Positions 35,209 to 46,168 of a stretch of DNA of 64,000 nucleotides are shown here, in pieces (positions within the stretch are counted from its first letter, which is position 1; each line of letters starts with the position of its first letter). This stretch comes from Heterodontus francisci. Taxonomy: Eukaryota. Under the pieces are notes generated by a model. It was not told the DNA's origin and did not search any database. It saw only the letters and a list, made by a program, of their open reading frames with translations. The position numbers and the translations under genes are program-made. The stretch lies in contig NC_090416.1 of the NCBI RefSeq assembly GCF_036365525.1, positions 14,064,323-14,128,322 on the forward strand, in the 5' to 3' direction.

Positions 35209-38200
35209 ATGAAGATAACCATAGCCAGCCTCAACATCAACGGCAGCAGAGGGGCTCACCGCAGATTTCACAATCTCTCAGTCCTTAGGGAAGGGAGATA
35301 CGCGGTGAGCTTTCTGCAGGAAACCCACACCGTTCCGGGAGACGAAGCCACCTGGCTCCTGGAGTGGCAGGGTGGGGTCTACATGAGTCACCTCACCCCT
35401 ATTTCTAGTGGGGTGGCTATCTTGTTGGCCCCGACTTTTCAGCCGGAGATCTTGGGGGTCAAGGAGCTAGTGCCGGGCCGCTTGCTCCACCTCGCCGTTC
35501 GCCTGGGTAGCGTGCCGCTCCACTTTGTGAACGTGTACGCGCCCAGGCCCGGCGCTTTGCAAGCGCGCTTCTTTGAAGAAGTGTCCGCTCTCTTGAGCTC
35601 CATCGATAGCGGCGAGTGCATCATCCTCGGGGGGGATTTTAACTGCACCCTCGAGGTGGGGGATCGCTCCGGTCCCCAGCGCGGCCAAGCGTCGGTGGAG
35701 AAGTTGAGGGGACTGATCAGCTCCCTTAACTTGGTGGACGTCTGGCGGAATCTCCATCCCGACTCCAGCGCCTTCACGTGGAGGTCTGGAGGAGGGGGGT
35801 CGCGAATCGACCGCCTCTACATTTCGCAGGCGTACGTCTCCCGTGTCTCGGCGGCCTCCATGCGGCTGGTGCCGTGCTCGGACCACCGCCTGGTGTGGGC
35901 GGAGTTCACTCCGCTCCGCACGCGGGCGGGGTCTGCGTACTGGCACTTTAACAACCGGCTGCTGGAGGACGTGCGATTTCGGGACTCGTTCTGTCGATTC
36001 TGGGCCGACTGGAGAAGGAAGCAGGGGGGCTTCCCCTCCTTGAGGCTATGGTGGGATGTGGGCAAGACTCACATCCGCGTCTTCTGTCAGGAGTACGCGA
36101 AGGGGTCGACCAAGAGGCGGGAAGCCGAGGTCGGGCGCCTTGAGAGGGAGGTGCTCGACTTGGAATCCCGCCTCGGTCATGCCGTCGCGGACCCGGCCCT
36201 GTGGCAGGCGTACAAAGAGAAGAAGGGCGCGCTGAGGAACCTGCAGCTCATAGGGTCCCGAGGCGCGTACGTGAGGTCGCGGATCCAGATCCTGGAAGAT
36301 TTGGACCGCGCCTCACCCTTCTTCTACTCGCTGGAAAAATGGCGGGGGGTCCGTAAGCAGCTCGTCGAGCTGCTGGCCGACGACGGATCCTCCATCACGG
36401 ATCCGGAGGGAATGGGCCTCCTGGTCCGGACGTATTACAGTGCGTTGTTCTCTCCGGATCCGTCCAGCGAGGATGCGCGCAGAGTTTTGTGGGAGGACCT
36501 GCCGCAGGTCAGCCCGGAGGGCGCCGAAGGATTGGAGGCTCCGCTCACGTTGGCGGAGCTGACTGGCGTCCTCCACCAGCTCTCGAGGGGCAAATCCCCA
36601 GGGCTGGATGGGTTGACCGTGGAGTTCCTCAGGGCGTTCTGGGACGTCCTGGGGGACGATTACGCGCGGGTCCTGGGGGAAAGCCTGGCGACCGGGGAGA
36701 TGCCCCTCTCGTGGCGCAGGGCGGTCATCGTCCTGCTGCCGAAGAGGGGCGATCTCCGCCTGCTTAAAAACTGGCGTCCGGTCTCCCTCCTCAGCACGGA
36801 TTATAAGATCTTTGCCCGGGCTATGTCTACCCGCCTGGGCTCCGTGCTGGCCCACATGATCCACCCCGACCAGTCCTACACGGTCCCGGGCCGGTCCATC
36901 CAGGACAACATCCACCTGGTCCGGGACCTGATCCATCTTTCCCAGAGGACTGGTCAGTCGGTCGCCTTTCTCTCCCTCGATCAGGAGAAGGCGTTCGACA
37001 GGGTGGATCACGATTACCTTTTCGGTACTCTGCGCGCTTTCGGACTCGGGCCGCATTTTGTGTCCCGGGTCCGACTTTTATACGCCGCCGCAGAGTGTCT
37101 AGTCAAAGTTAACGGGTCCTTGACGGCGCCCCTTCGATTTGGGAGAGGAGTGCGTCAGGGGTGCCCCATGTCCGGCCAATTGTATACCATCTGCGTGGAG
37201 CCCTTCCTGTGCCTGCTTCGCAGGAGGTTGACGGGATTGGCTCTGCGCGAGCCGGCCATGCGGGTCGTCCTCTCGGCTTACGCCGACGACGTGCTCCTCG
37301 CAATCACAGATCCCGTTGACTTGCGGAGGATGCGCGACTGCCAGCAGACCTTTTCTGCCGCGTCCTCCGCGAGGATCAATTGGGAGAAATGTTCCGGACT
37401 CCTGGTTGGTCAGTGGCGGGTGGACTCCCTGCCGGAGGAGATGACACCTTTTGCGTGGAGCACCACGCACCTCCTCTATCTGGGAGTCCACCTTAGCCCC
37501 GCTGAGGAAGCCTGGCCGGCAAACTGGCAGGAGTTGGAGGCGAAAGTCACCGCTCGGCTGGGGCGCTGGACAGGACTGCTCCGAGTGCTTTCCTACAGGG
37601 GCCGAGCGTTGGTCATAAACCAACTGGTGGCCTCCATGCTGTGGTACCGGTTGGTCACTTTGGCCCCGCCCCCTGTATTTGCCACCAAGATCCAGAAGAA
37701 ACTCGTCGATTTCTTCTGGGGCAAGAGGAAACACTGGGTCTCTGCCGCGGTCCTGAGTCTCCCGATCGAGGAGGGCGGTCAGTCGCTGGTGTGCGTCCGC
37801 ACCCAGGCTGCGACTCTCCGCCTTCGGACCCTGCAGAGATACCTGTACGTCGAGCGTCCTCCCAGATGGTGTGCGCTGGCGACGTATTTTTTCCGCCAGT
37901 GTCACTGCCTTCAAGACGACACGCAGCTCCCGGTGGAGTCCGTTAGCCGCGCCTCTCTGAGGGAGTTGCCTGTCTTTTACCGGGATCTTTTCCGAGTCTG
38001 GAACATGGTCGCCTCCAGTCAGGGCGCTCCCCCGCCGGCGGAGGAGAGCGCCTCGGCTGTCCGGGCGGCCGACTCCGGGGACGGTCCGGCGGGCGGAGGA
38101 GTAGCCGAAACCCCCGGGACGCCCCTCACTGTGGGTGGCGAGGGGGCTCGGGAGTGCGGAGCGATCCCGGCCGAGCTGACGCCCGCTCGGCCGGAACTGC

Positions 38201-38946
38201 TCATCGGACCCAGGCCCCGAAACCCTCCTCGGGAGCCGGTCCCGCACAATCCGAGCTGCCTCTCGGAAATGCCCTCCGTGCCATTCCAATCGGCGCGGAG
38301 GGGTTTCCTGTACGGGCTGCTCCTGCACACTCTCCACTTCCTCGCCCTCGTCAGCCGGCCGGACACGCCCTGGCGGTCCGCGTTGCCATCTGGCGGCGAG
38401 GGGAAACCCCGATGGAGGTCTCTCTACGCGGGAGTCTTCCCCCTTTACATCGGGGACCTGGGGTGGAGGGTGCTGCACAGAGCAGTCCCGTGCAATAGGC
38501 TTTTAAGTAGGTTCACGGACTCCCAGGCCACCTGTACTTTCTGCGGCCTGGACGAGTCCGTGTTCCACATTTATATGGAGTGTGCGAGGTTGCAGCCCCT
38601 ATTTGAGTATCTGAAGGGGCTGCTCCTCAAATTCTGGCTGCACTTCAGTCCCACACTCCTGATCTTTGGGCACCCGGTGCGGAGGGGCTTGGGCCGGGAG
38701 GAGGATCTCCTCGTCGGTCTGCTCCTGGGCCTGGCCAAGGTGGCAATTCACAGGTCCAGGTTGCGGGCCGTCGGGAGTTCCGTCCTCCCCGATTGCCTGC
38801 CCCTCTTCCGCGGTTACGTTCGCGCCCGGGTGTCCCTGGAAAAGGAGCATGCGGTGTCCGCCGGTACGCTTGAGGCCTTCCGCGACCGGTGGGCACCGCA
38901 GGGACTGGAGTGCATCGTCGACGCCAAGAATGGCATTTTAATTTGA
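35209..38946 (+). CDS. Tx1-type ORF2: APE endonuclease + reverse transcriptase + C-terminal Zn finger
   Basis: 1245 aa. SLNING, FLQETH, GGDFN, SDH (APE); LDQEKAFDRV, GVRQGCPMS, YADD (RT); CTFCGLDESVFHIYMEC. Confidence 0.95.
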   Translation: MKITIASLNINGSRGAHRRFHNLSVLREGRYAVSFLQETHTVPGDEATWLLEWQGGVYMSHLTPISSGVAILLAPTFQPEILGVKELVPGRLLHLAVRLGSVPLHFVNVYAPRPGALQARFFEEVSALLSSIDSGECIILGGDFNCTLEVGDRSGPQRGQASVEKLRGLISSLNLVDVWRNLHPDSSAFTWRSGGGGSRIDRLYISQAYVSRVSAASMRLVPCSDHRLVWAEFTPLRTRAGSAYWHFNNRLLEDVRFRDSFCRFWADWRRKQGGFPSLRLWWDVGKTHIRVFCQEYAKGSTKRREAEVGRLEREVLDLESRLGHAVADPALWQAYKEKKGALRNLQLIGSRGAYVRSRIQILEDLDRASPFFYSLEKWRGVRKQLVELLADDGSSITDPEGMGLLVRTYYSALFSPDPSSEDARRVLWEDLPQVSPEGAEGLEAPLTLAELTGVLHQLSRGKSPGLDGLTVEFLRAFWDVLGDDYARVLGESLATGEMPLSWRRAVIVLLPKRGDLRLLKNWRPVSLLSTDYKIFARAMSTRLGSVLAHMIHPDQSYTVPGRSIQDNIHLVRDLIHLSQRTGQSVAFLSLDQEKAFDRVDHDYLFGTLRAFGLGPHFVSRVRLLYAAAECLVKVNGSLTAPLRFGRGVRQGCPMSGQLYTICVEPFLCLLRRRLTGLALREPAMRVVLSAYADDVLLAITDPVDLRRMRDCQQTFSAASSARINWEKCSGLLVGQWRVDSLPEEMTPFAWSTTHLLYLGVHLSPAEEAWPANWQELEAKVTARLGRWTGLLRVLSYRGRALVINQLVASMLWYRLVTLAPPPVFATKIQKKLVDFFWGKRKHWVSAAVLSLPIEEGGQSLVCVRTQAATLRLRTLQRYLYVERPPRWCALATYFFRQCHCLQDDTQLPVESVSRASLRELPVFYRDLFRVWNMVASSQGAPPPAEESASAVRAADSGDGPAGGGVAETPGTPLTVGGEGARECGAIPAELTPARPELLIGPRPRNPPREPVPHNPSCLSEMPSVPFQSARRGFLYGLLLHTLHFLALVSRPDTPWRSALPSGGEGKPRWRSLYAGVFPLYIGDLGWRVLHRAVPCNRLLSRFTDSQATCTFCGLDESVFHIYMECARLQPLFEYLKGLLLKFWLHFSPTLLIFGHPVRRGLGREEDLLVGLLLGLAKVAIHRSRLRAVGSSVLPDCLPLFRGYVRARVSLEKEHAVSAGTLEAFRDRWAPQGLECIVDAKNGILI

Positions 38947-39133
38947 GTTTTTTGTTTATTTATCTGTTTTAATAAAGTTATTTTAAAACTGTAAATATGT
39001 ACATAAAGGGGGCCTGAGGGATAAAGGCCCCCTCGATGTGAAAAATATAAAAGGGGCCTGGGGTATAAAGGTCACCTTGTAAAAAGAAAAAAAAAAAAAC
39101 GGGTTTGATACAGAGAAAGAAAAAAAAAAAAAA

Positions 39134-39226
39134 ACGGGGTTAGATACAGAGTAAAGTTCCCTCTATACTGTCCCCATCAAACACTCCCAGGAAAGGTACA
39201 GCACTGGGGTTAGATACAGAGTAAAG
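39134..39226. repeat. 70-bp tandem repeat array, right part
   Basis: Resumes in register after the poly(A): acggggttagatacagagtaaag...catcaaacactcccagg...ttagatacagagtaaag. Confidence 0.9.
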
Positions 39227-39384
39227 ATTGGGTGAGAATGTGATCCAGAGAAAGGGATTGACTGTAAATGGACAGTGACAGAAGTGGAAGCCGATCGTTT
39301 AGATTCCCTCTCAGACATGGGGAACATTGCAGGAAGATCAAAGAAAGGGGATTGGGGTTAAAATACTGTTTGGAAAGGACTTAC

Positions 39385-39405
39385 CTTCATACGTCCAGCG
39401 GGAAC
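39385..39405 (-). CDS. CA14: Carbonic anhydrase exon 2 (21-nt micro-exon)
   Basis: ttttcctgtacag|GSRWTYE|gtaagt; the conserved W-x-Y; phase 1/1. A 21-nt second coding exon is also recalled for human CA14. Confidence 0.85.
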
Positions 39406-40659
39406 CTGTACAGGAAAAGAGAGCAGATTCGGTATCACAAACTACAGCACAGAAACGGTCTGTTCAATCCACCTGCTCCTTGCTGGTGTTCACATTGTAC
39501 ACGAGCCTCCTCCCACCCCTCCTTCTCTCACCCTCCAAAATATCTGAGAATGACTGGGGACACAGATTGAACCATTCATTACGTATGCCGCCCAAGGCTT
39601 CATAGCCTATGAAGGTAAAGCAGGGATACTCCTGATGCACAAGATTTGCATGGAGCTCAGTTGCTTTGGTGTGACTGAATTCCCAATTCCAATGTCTCAG
39701 TGGTAAATGCATGGCCCAATGTGGGACTGAACCATCCAGACCAGGAAGATCCCAAGTTTGACTCATGCTCCCCTGCGGGTTGGTGGGGGGGGGGGGGGGT
39801 AGGGGGGGCGGGGTGGTGCCACTGTTGGTTTTAGCGCCCTGCGTTTGTGAAGGGCGTCAAATAAATGCAAGTCTTTCTTCTCCACGTTGCGAGCACTGTA
39901 TTTGGAGAGTGCTCCGTTTGCTCTCTAAATGCTTCAGCAATCTGGGGACAGACAAGCACGTTAGTGTTTGGAGCTGGAAACTTTTGCTCAGCAACTGGCC
40001 GGGTTCTCTGAAGCATTGGGCAGGCTGCGAAACTAAAGACAGCTGGGTCTAACACCACCATCTCATTGCTTCTGCCTCCAAGGTGGGGCACAGATCCATT
40101 GTAGCCTTTCTTCGGAGAGTCAGAATGTGTTCAACTCCCTCCTGGCCCCACTCCCCCCCCCCCCCCCCCCCTTATCTCTGTAACCTCCTCCAGCCCCTAC
40201 AACCCTCCGAGATCTCTGCGCTCCTCCAATTCCGGCCTCTCGTGCATCCCACCCCCCCCTGCCCGATTCCATCGCTCCACCATTGGCGGCCGTGCCTTCA
40301 GCTGCCTGGGGGCCCTAAGCTCGGGAATTCCCTCCCTAAACCGCTTGCTCATCCTATAAAGATGCTCCTTAAAACCTACCTTGTTGCACTAGGTTTTGAT
40401 CACTATTCTAAGTGTCTCCTTATGTGGCTCAATGTCAAATTTAGTCTGATAACTCTCCCGTGAAGTGCCCTGGGATGGAATACTTTGCTAGGTTAAAGGC
40501 GCTATGCAAATGCCAGTGGTGGTGCTGTGTAATGTGATCTGCGTTGTCTATGCACTTCTCTCCTGAAGGCGTCGACTCTGGGATACGGGTTTCACGGGTG
40601 CACCAAACGGCCACAGCTGCCTCCGCTGGACCCTCTCTGACTGGGAACAGTGAGGGGCA

Positions 40660-41100
40660 AGACTTGCATTTCTATAGCGCCTTTCACAACCTCAGCACCT
40701 CCCGAAGCGCTTTTACAGCCAATGAAGTACTTTATTTGAAATGGAGTCGCTGTTGTAATGTAGGATGATGATAATGACCCAGATCATTTGTTTTTTTTAG
40801 TGATGTTGGTTGAGGGATAAATATTGTCCCCAGGACACCGGGGAGAACTCCCCTCCCCCCCCTACCCCCCTCCTCCCGCTCTTCTTCCAACAGCGGCCGT
40901 GGGATCTTTAACATCCGCCTGAGAGGGGTCTCGGTTTAAATGTCTCATCTGAAAGACGGCACCTGCGACAGTGCAGCACTCCCTCGGTACTGGCACCGGG
41001 AGTGTCGGACTGGGATTATGTACTGCAGTCTCTGGAGTGGGGTTGGTTGTGAAGCCACAGCTTGCTGACTCAGGTGAGAGTGCTACCCACTGAGCCACAA
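40660..41100 (-). mobile_element. Deu-domain SINE, near full length
   Basis: Tail-to-head match to the other copies. Confidence 0.65.
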
Positions 41101-41782
41101 CTGGTAATACAGTCGGGAGGTTGTCTGAATCAGCACAGGATCCTGCCTGGTAGATCGGGAGACTGAGAAGGTTTAGAAAGGCACATGATAATGACATGCT
41201 TGAAATGATCAGCAGCAGCAACAAACAGTTGGAAGATTAGCACTTGCCGAAGCGGACTACTTAAGACTATTTATACCGACTTGTAGGAGGCTGCTCAATT
41301 ATCAAAGGCGTCACTGACACCTTTTTTATTCACAGTGGGGCAGTCACGGGACGATGTTTCCTTGTTTGCCTCTTTCCTGAGCGGTGTCACCACGCGTCCC
41401 TTCATGAAACACTCTCTCAGTATTCGCGCCGCCCGGACGGATCGGAATCATTCAGGGCGCTGAGTAACCAGGTGATCGTTGGTCTGTGTTTGTGGGCTGT
41501 GAGGCGATTGGTGGTGATGCCGCCCGCAGTTGAACAGCCGTTCGTTGATTGCAGCGGCCAGCTGGGCAACGGTGTCCAGCGCTGGTGGTGCCGGGTGTCG
41601 GCTCGAGGAAGGGGAGAGGGTCTCCGGAGGGAACGGTTAAAGGGAGCACAAGATTAGGGAGCGTGGTGGGAACTTTGGGAATCGCTCGATCAAGACGGCA
41701 CTTGGCGTTGTACAGTTGCTCGGAGCGCTGTTTAAAAAGGAAAATGAATGCTTAGTTGACAGGTAACTGGTGTTAAACTTAC

Positions 41783-41867
41783 CTCCCCTCACTGCTTCTG
41801 TCTGACCAACTTCTGACAACAGCAGAAACACACTGCAAACTGCTAACGCTGTGACTCCTGACTCCAT
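41783..41867 (-). CDS. CA14: Carbonic anhydrase exon 1 (signal peptide)
   Basis: MESGVTALAVCSVFLLLSEVGQTEAVRG|gtaagt; good Kozak (aggATGG), hydrophobic core, phase 1 joins exon 2. CA14 is assigned from exon sizes and tail-to-tail linkage to APH1A. Confidence 0.8.
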
Positions 41868-42336
41868 CCTCCTGCCAACTGCCCAAGTTTAAAGGAAGAG
41901 TGTCGGCTGTCTGGAAAGATTATGGGTACCAGTTGCCGTGGAAATACTGGAGGCTCGTCAGCTCCAATCACATTTCAAGCCCCTCACAGAGACTCCCCCC
42001 ACTCCTTAACCCATTCATGCCTTCTTAAGGTGGAACAGTTCTGTTAAGGTGGATCTTGCTCATGCCTCATGCAATTTCGCTTGCAAATGTGTTGCCGCAC
42101 TTGTGTGAAATTGCTCTGTCCACCACTTTGATCGGGGTCGTTCAAAACATTAATCCTGGAAGAGCAGAGAGTAAGTTCCCAGTGTCGGGTTAACCAAAGC
42201 ACAGCCAGTGAGAGTAAACTGCGAAAACTCTTGACAGAAATGTTCCTGCAAGTGTCAGCTTGGTTCAGTCAGGAGGTTGTGGGTTTGAGTCCCACTCCAG
42301 AGACTTGAGCACATAAGCCAAGCTGACGCTCCCAGT

Positions 42337-43195
42337 GCCAGTACTGAGGGAGTGCTGCACTGTCGGAGGGTCAGTACTGAGGGAGTGCCGGACTGTCGGA
42401 GGGTCAGTACTGAGGGAGTGCCGCACTGTCGGAGGGTCAGTACTGAGGGAGTGCCGCACTGTCGGAGGGTCAGTACTGAGGGAGTGCCGCACTGTCGGAG
42501 GGTCAGTACTGAGGGAGTGCCGCACTGTCGGAGGGTCAGTACTGAGGGAGCGCCGCACTGTCGGAGGGTCAGTACTGAGGGAGTACCGCACTATCGGAGG
42601 GTCAGTACTGAGGGAGTGCCGCACTGTCAGAGGGTCAGCACTGAGGGAGTGCCGCACTGTCGGAGGGTCAGTACAGAGGGAGTACCGCACTATCGGAGGG
42701 TCAGTACTGAGGGAGTGCCGCACTGTCGGAGGGTCAGCACTGAGGGAGTGCTGCACTGTCAGAGGGTCAGTACTGAGGGAGTGCTGCACTATCGGAGGGT
42801 CAGTACTGAGGGAGTGCCGCACTGTCGGAGGGTCAGCACTGAGGGAGTGCTGCACTGTCGGAGGGTCAGTAATGAGGGAGTGCTGCACTGTTGGAGGGTC
42901 AGTACAGAGGGAGTACCGCACTATCGGAGGGTCAGTACTGAGGGAGTGCCGCACTGTCGGAGGGTCAGCACTGAGGGAGTGTTGCACTGTCGGAGGGTTA
43001 GTTCTGAGGGAGTGTTGCACTGTCGGAGGGTCAGTACCGAGGGAGTGTTGCACTGTCGGAGGGTCAGTACTGAGGGAGCACCGCACTATCGGAGGGTCAG
43101 TACTGAGGGAGTGCCGCACTGTCGGAGGGTCAGCACTGAGGGAGTGCCGCACTGTCGGAGGGTCAGTACTGAGGGAGTGCCGCACTGTCGGAGGT
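42337..43195 (+). repeat. 33-bp minisatellite (about 26 units) inside a SINE
   Basis: gtcagtactgagggagtgccgcactgtcggagg; flanked by SINE head (about 42252) and tail (about 43415). Confidence 0.95.
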
Positions 43196-44976
43196 GCCGT
43201 CGTTAGTGGTCAATATTCATCACTGAATTCATCACATCATTAAAAGCGGATGATCTGGGCCAGTATCACATTGCTGTTTGTGGGATCTTGCTGTGCGTAG
43301 ATGGCCACGTTTCATGCATTACGACGGTGACTGCACTTCAAAATAGGACTTTATTGGCTGTAAAATGCTTTGTGGAGTCCTGGGGTCGTAAAAAAGGTGC
43401 TATAGGAATGCAGGATTCTGCTTTACCTTTGCAAGCTGCTCAGTCAGGAACTGGTCAAGGTTCGTGGTGCACTGGTGATTAAAATACTTCAGAGTTTTAA
43501 ACATTTTTATATAAGAGGTTTTGCACTAATGCTCTTAGCATTCCGAATGGGTGACTCACATTCGCATGGTGCCATTTCATTTCTCTCGGCTACGTCTCAA
43601 AGTGCTACGCATTTCAGGAATTACTTGGGAAGCGAATGTTCTACAGGCAGACGTGGCAGCCATTTTTGCACCCAACAAGTAGCAATGATTCTGTTTTTGG
43701 TTGAGGGAGGAATGTTGGCCTGGACACAGGGAGAGCAGGACCCCGCTGTTCTTCGAATTGCTAACCCACAGGAGCGGACAAGACCTACTCTAAAGGGGTA
43801 GAGTTAATCTTCCTGTGCCTGGGCTGCTTGTGGGGGTCGGGGGGGGGGGCAGCGACCACAGGAGATTCAGGCAGGCTCCATCATCCGTGGCTTCGAAACC
43901 CCCCAGACTTGACTATTCCAATGCTCTCCAGCCTCCCACCCTCCGTAAACGTCAGCTGCCCTGTCTGCTAACTCGTGCCAATTCCTGTTCACACATCACC
44001 CCCTGTGCTCGCTGACCTACATCGGCTCCCGGGCCGGCAACACCTCGGTTTTTAAATCCTTGTCCTCCAGTGCAAATCTCCTCTGTGGCCCTCGCCCCCT
44101 CCCTATCTCTGTAAGCTCCACCAGTCCTACAACCCTCTGCGTTCCTCCAATTCCGGCCTCTTGCATATCCCCCGATTCCCATCGCTCCACCATTGGCGGC
44201 CGTGCCTTCAGCTGCCTGGGGGGCCCTAAGCTCTGGAATTCCCTCCCTAAACCTCTGCCTCTCTCTCTCTCTCTCTCTCCTTCTTTAAGACATTCCTTAA
44301 AACCAACCTCTTTGACCGAGCTTTTGGTCAGCTGTCTTCTTGTGTGGCTCAGTGTCAAATCTTGCCGGATAGCATCGCTATGAAGTGCCTTTGGACGTTT
44401 TATTGCATTAAAGGCACTGCAGTTGTATTACACCTCATCTGATTTCCCTTGGGATCCACTAGCCACAGACCCAGAAAGGGGAAGACCTGCCCCAAAGTCT
44501 CCTATAAGAGACAAACCCTTCCGAACATACAGTATTGAAGTGTCAGCCTAGCTAGGCTATGTGCCTAAGCCCTTTGCCTCATGAAATTCTAGTTCACTGG
44601 TGCTAGCTACCCAGCCCGAGCGCTGATCAATTCTGTTTAACTGTCCTAATTCGGTTTGTTAGTCACCACTCTCCCAGGCTCAAGACAACAGCCATTGCCT
44701 CTGTCACAGCCTCAAACATAAACAATAGAAAAGATGAACAAACTTAATGAAAGGAAGATTTGCATTTCTATAGCACCGTTCACAACCTCAGGGCATCCCA
44801 AAGTCCTTTACAGCCACAGAAGTGGTTTTTCGAAGTGTAGTCACCGTTTGATTGAGGGAGGAGTATTGGCCAAGACACAGGGGGGAGAGCTCCCCCCCTG
44901 CTCTTCTTTGAATGGAGGCCAGGGGATCTTCTGCACGCTCCTGAGAGTTTGATGTCTCATCTGAAGAATGGCACGG

Positions 44977-45355
44977 CAGCACTCCCTCAATACTGCCTCT
45001 CCGACAGTGCAGCACTCCCTCAATACTGCCTCACCGACAGTGCAGCACTCCCTCAATACTGCCTCTCCGACAGTGCAGCACCCCCTCAATACTGCCTCTC
45101 CGACAGTGCAGCACTCCCTCAATACTGCCTCTCCGACAGTGCAGTACTCCCTCAATACTGCCTCTCCGACAGTGCAACACTCCCTCAATACTGCCTCTCC
45201 GACAGTGCAGCACTCCCTCAATACTGCCTCTCCGACAGTGCAGTACTCCCTCAATACTGCCTCTCCAACAGTGCAACACTCCCTCAATACTGCCTCTCCG
45301 ACAGTGCAACACTCCCTCAATACTGCCTCTCCGACAGTGCAACACTCCCTCAGTA
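44977..45355 (-). repeat. 33-bp minisatellite (about 11-12 units) inside a minus-strand SINE
   Basis: cagtgcagcactccctcaatactgcctctccga; SINE spans about 44757-45440. Confidence 0.95.
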
Positions 45356-46168
45356 CTGGCAGTGGGGGCGTCAGCCTCGATTTTGTGCTCAACTCTTTGG
45401 AGGGGGACACAAACCCACAACGTTCTGACTCCGAGGCGAGAATACTCTCACCCTATAATATTTGGGAAGATGTTTCTCATTCGGAATCATTCATTTGAGG
45501 CTCCAAACTATAACTAATGAAACGCATTGCCTGTTTTGATATGGACCCTAACAAGGGGCCCCCAGGATTTAGGCCCCAAACATCCACTGACTAGTGGTTC
45601 CTGCCCAAGGGAGGGGAGTGCAGTAGCCAGCAGTACCCTCTCCTGATCACGATGCTGACAAGTACAAACCTGCGTAGGTTGGACAGGAAAGGGCCCAGTC
45701 ATGATGCCCCCCAAGACTGAATAGCCTGCTGATATTCATCACCAAAGCATCAGCACTTGGCCTTCAGGCAGAAGTGTTGGAAATTGTGGAGGTGGGAGGG
45801 GGAGGAAAGAACTGGGCGACATGTACTGCTGTTTAAATAAAAAAGATTTTGATCGAGTCTAGTCTGACTGGCTACTCAGCTGTGGGTGGCAGCGATGTCT
45901 GGCCATGAATTTACTGGCTATGAGTCACACACTGTCAGCAGTGACTGTATGAGTGTGGTTGGTGAATGAATGGGAACGATTGACAGGCTGTGGGTGAGGA
46001 TTAGTGCCAGTATAAACTTTGCATATAAACGTTAAACACGGAACAAGACATTGGATTAACCTGTTCATCCAGCTGGCTGCGCTGAGTTGGAGTGAGGGAT
46101 GCGGTTTGGGAGCACCAGATTTAAACACAGTGACATATCAACTTCATGACATTTCTTTGGGAAAAAGG

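Larger units (their letters stand above)
32360..39133 (+). mobile_element. Full-length Tx1-clade (L1 group) non-LTR retrotransposon
   Basis: About 780-bp 5' UTR, two intact ORFs, AATAAA 38971-38976, poly(A) tail, TSD acgggg at 32354-32359 and 39134-39139. Confidence 0.92.

Noticed and set aside
36313-38478. Long antisense ORFs (247 and 459 aa) opposite Tx1 ORF2
   Set aside because: Expected shadow ORFs of a very GC3-rich coding strand; no recognisable domain.
42265-43243. ORFs of about 300 aa in three frames over the 33-bp array
   Set aside because: A 33-bp unit without stops gives open frames automatically; the peptides are 11-aa repeats from a SINE-internal minisatellite.
31698-45355. CRISPR-like appearance of the 70-bp and 33-bp arrays
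   Set aside because: Head-to-tail units with no unique spacers, no cas genes, and a eukaryotic intron-exon context.
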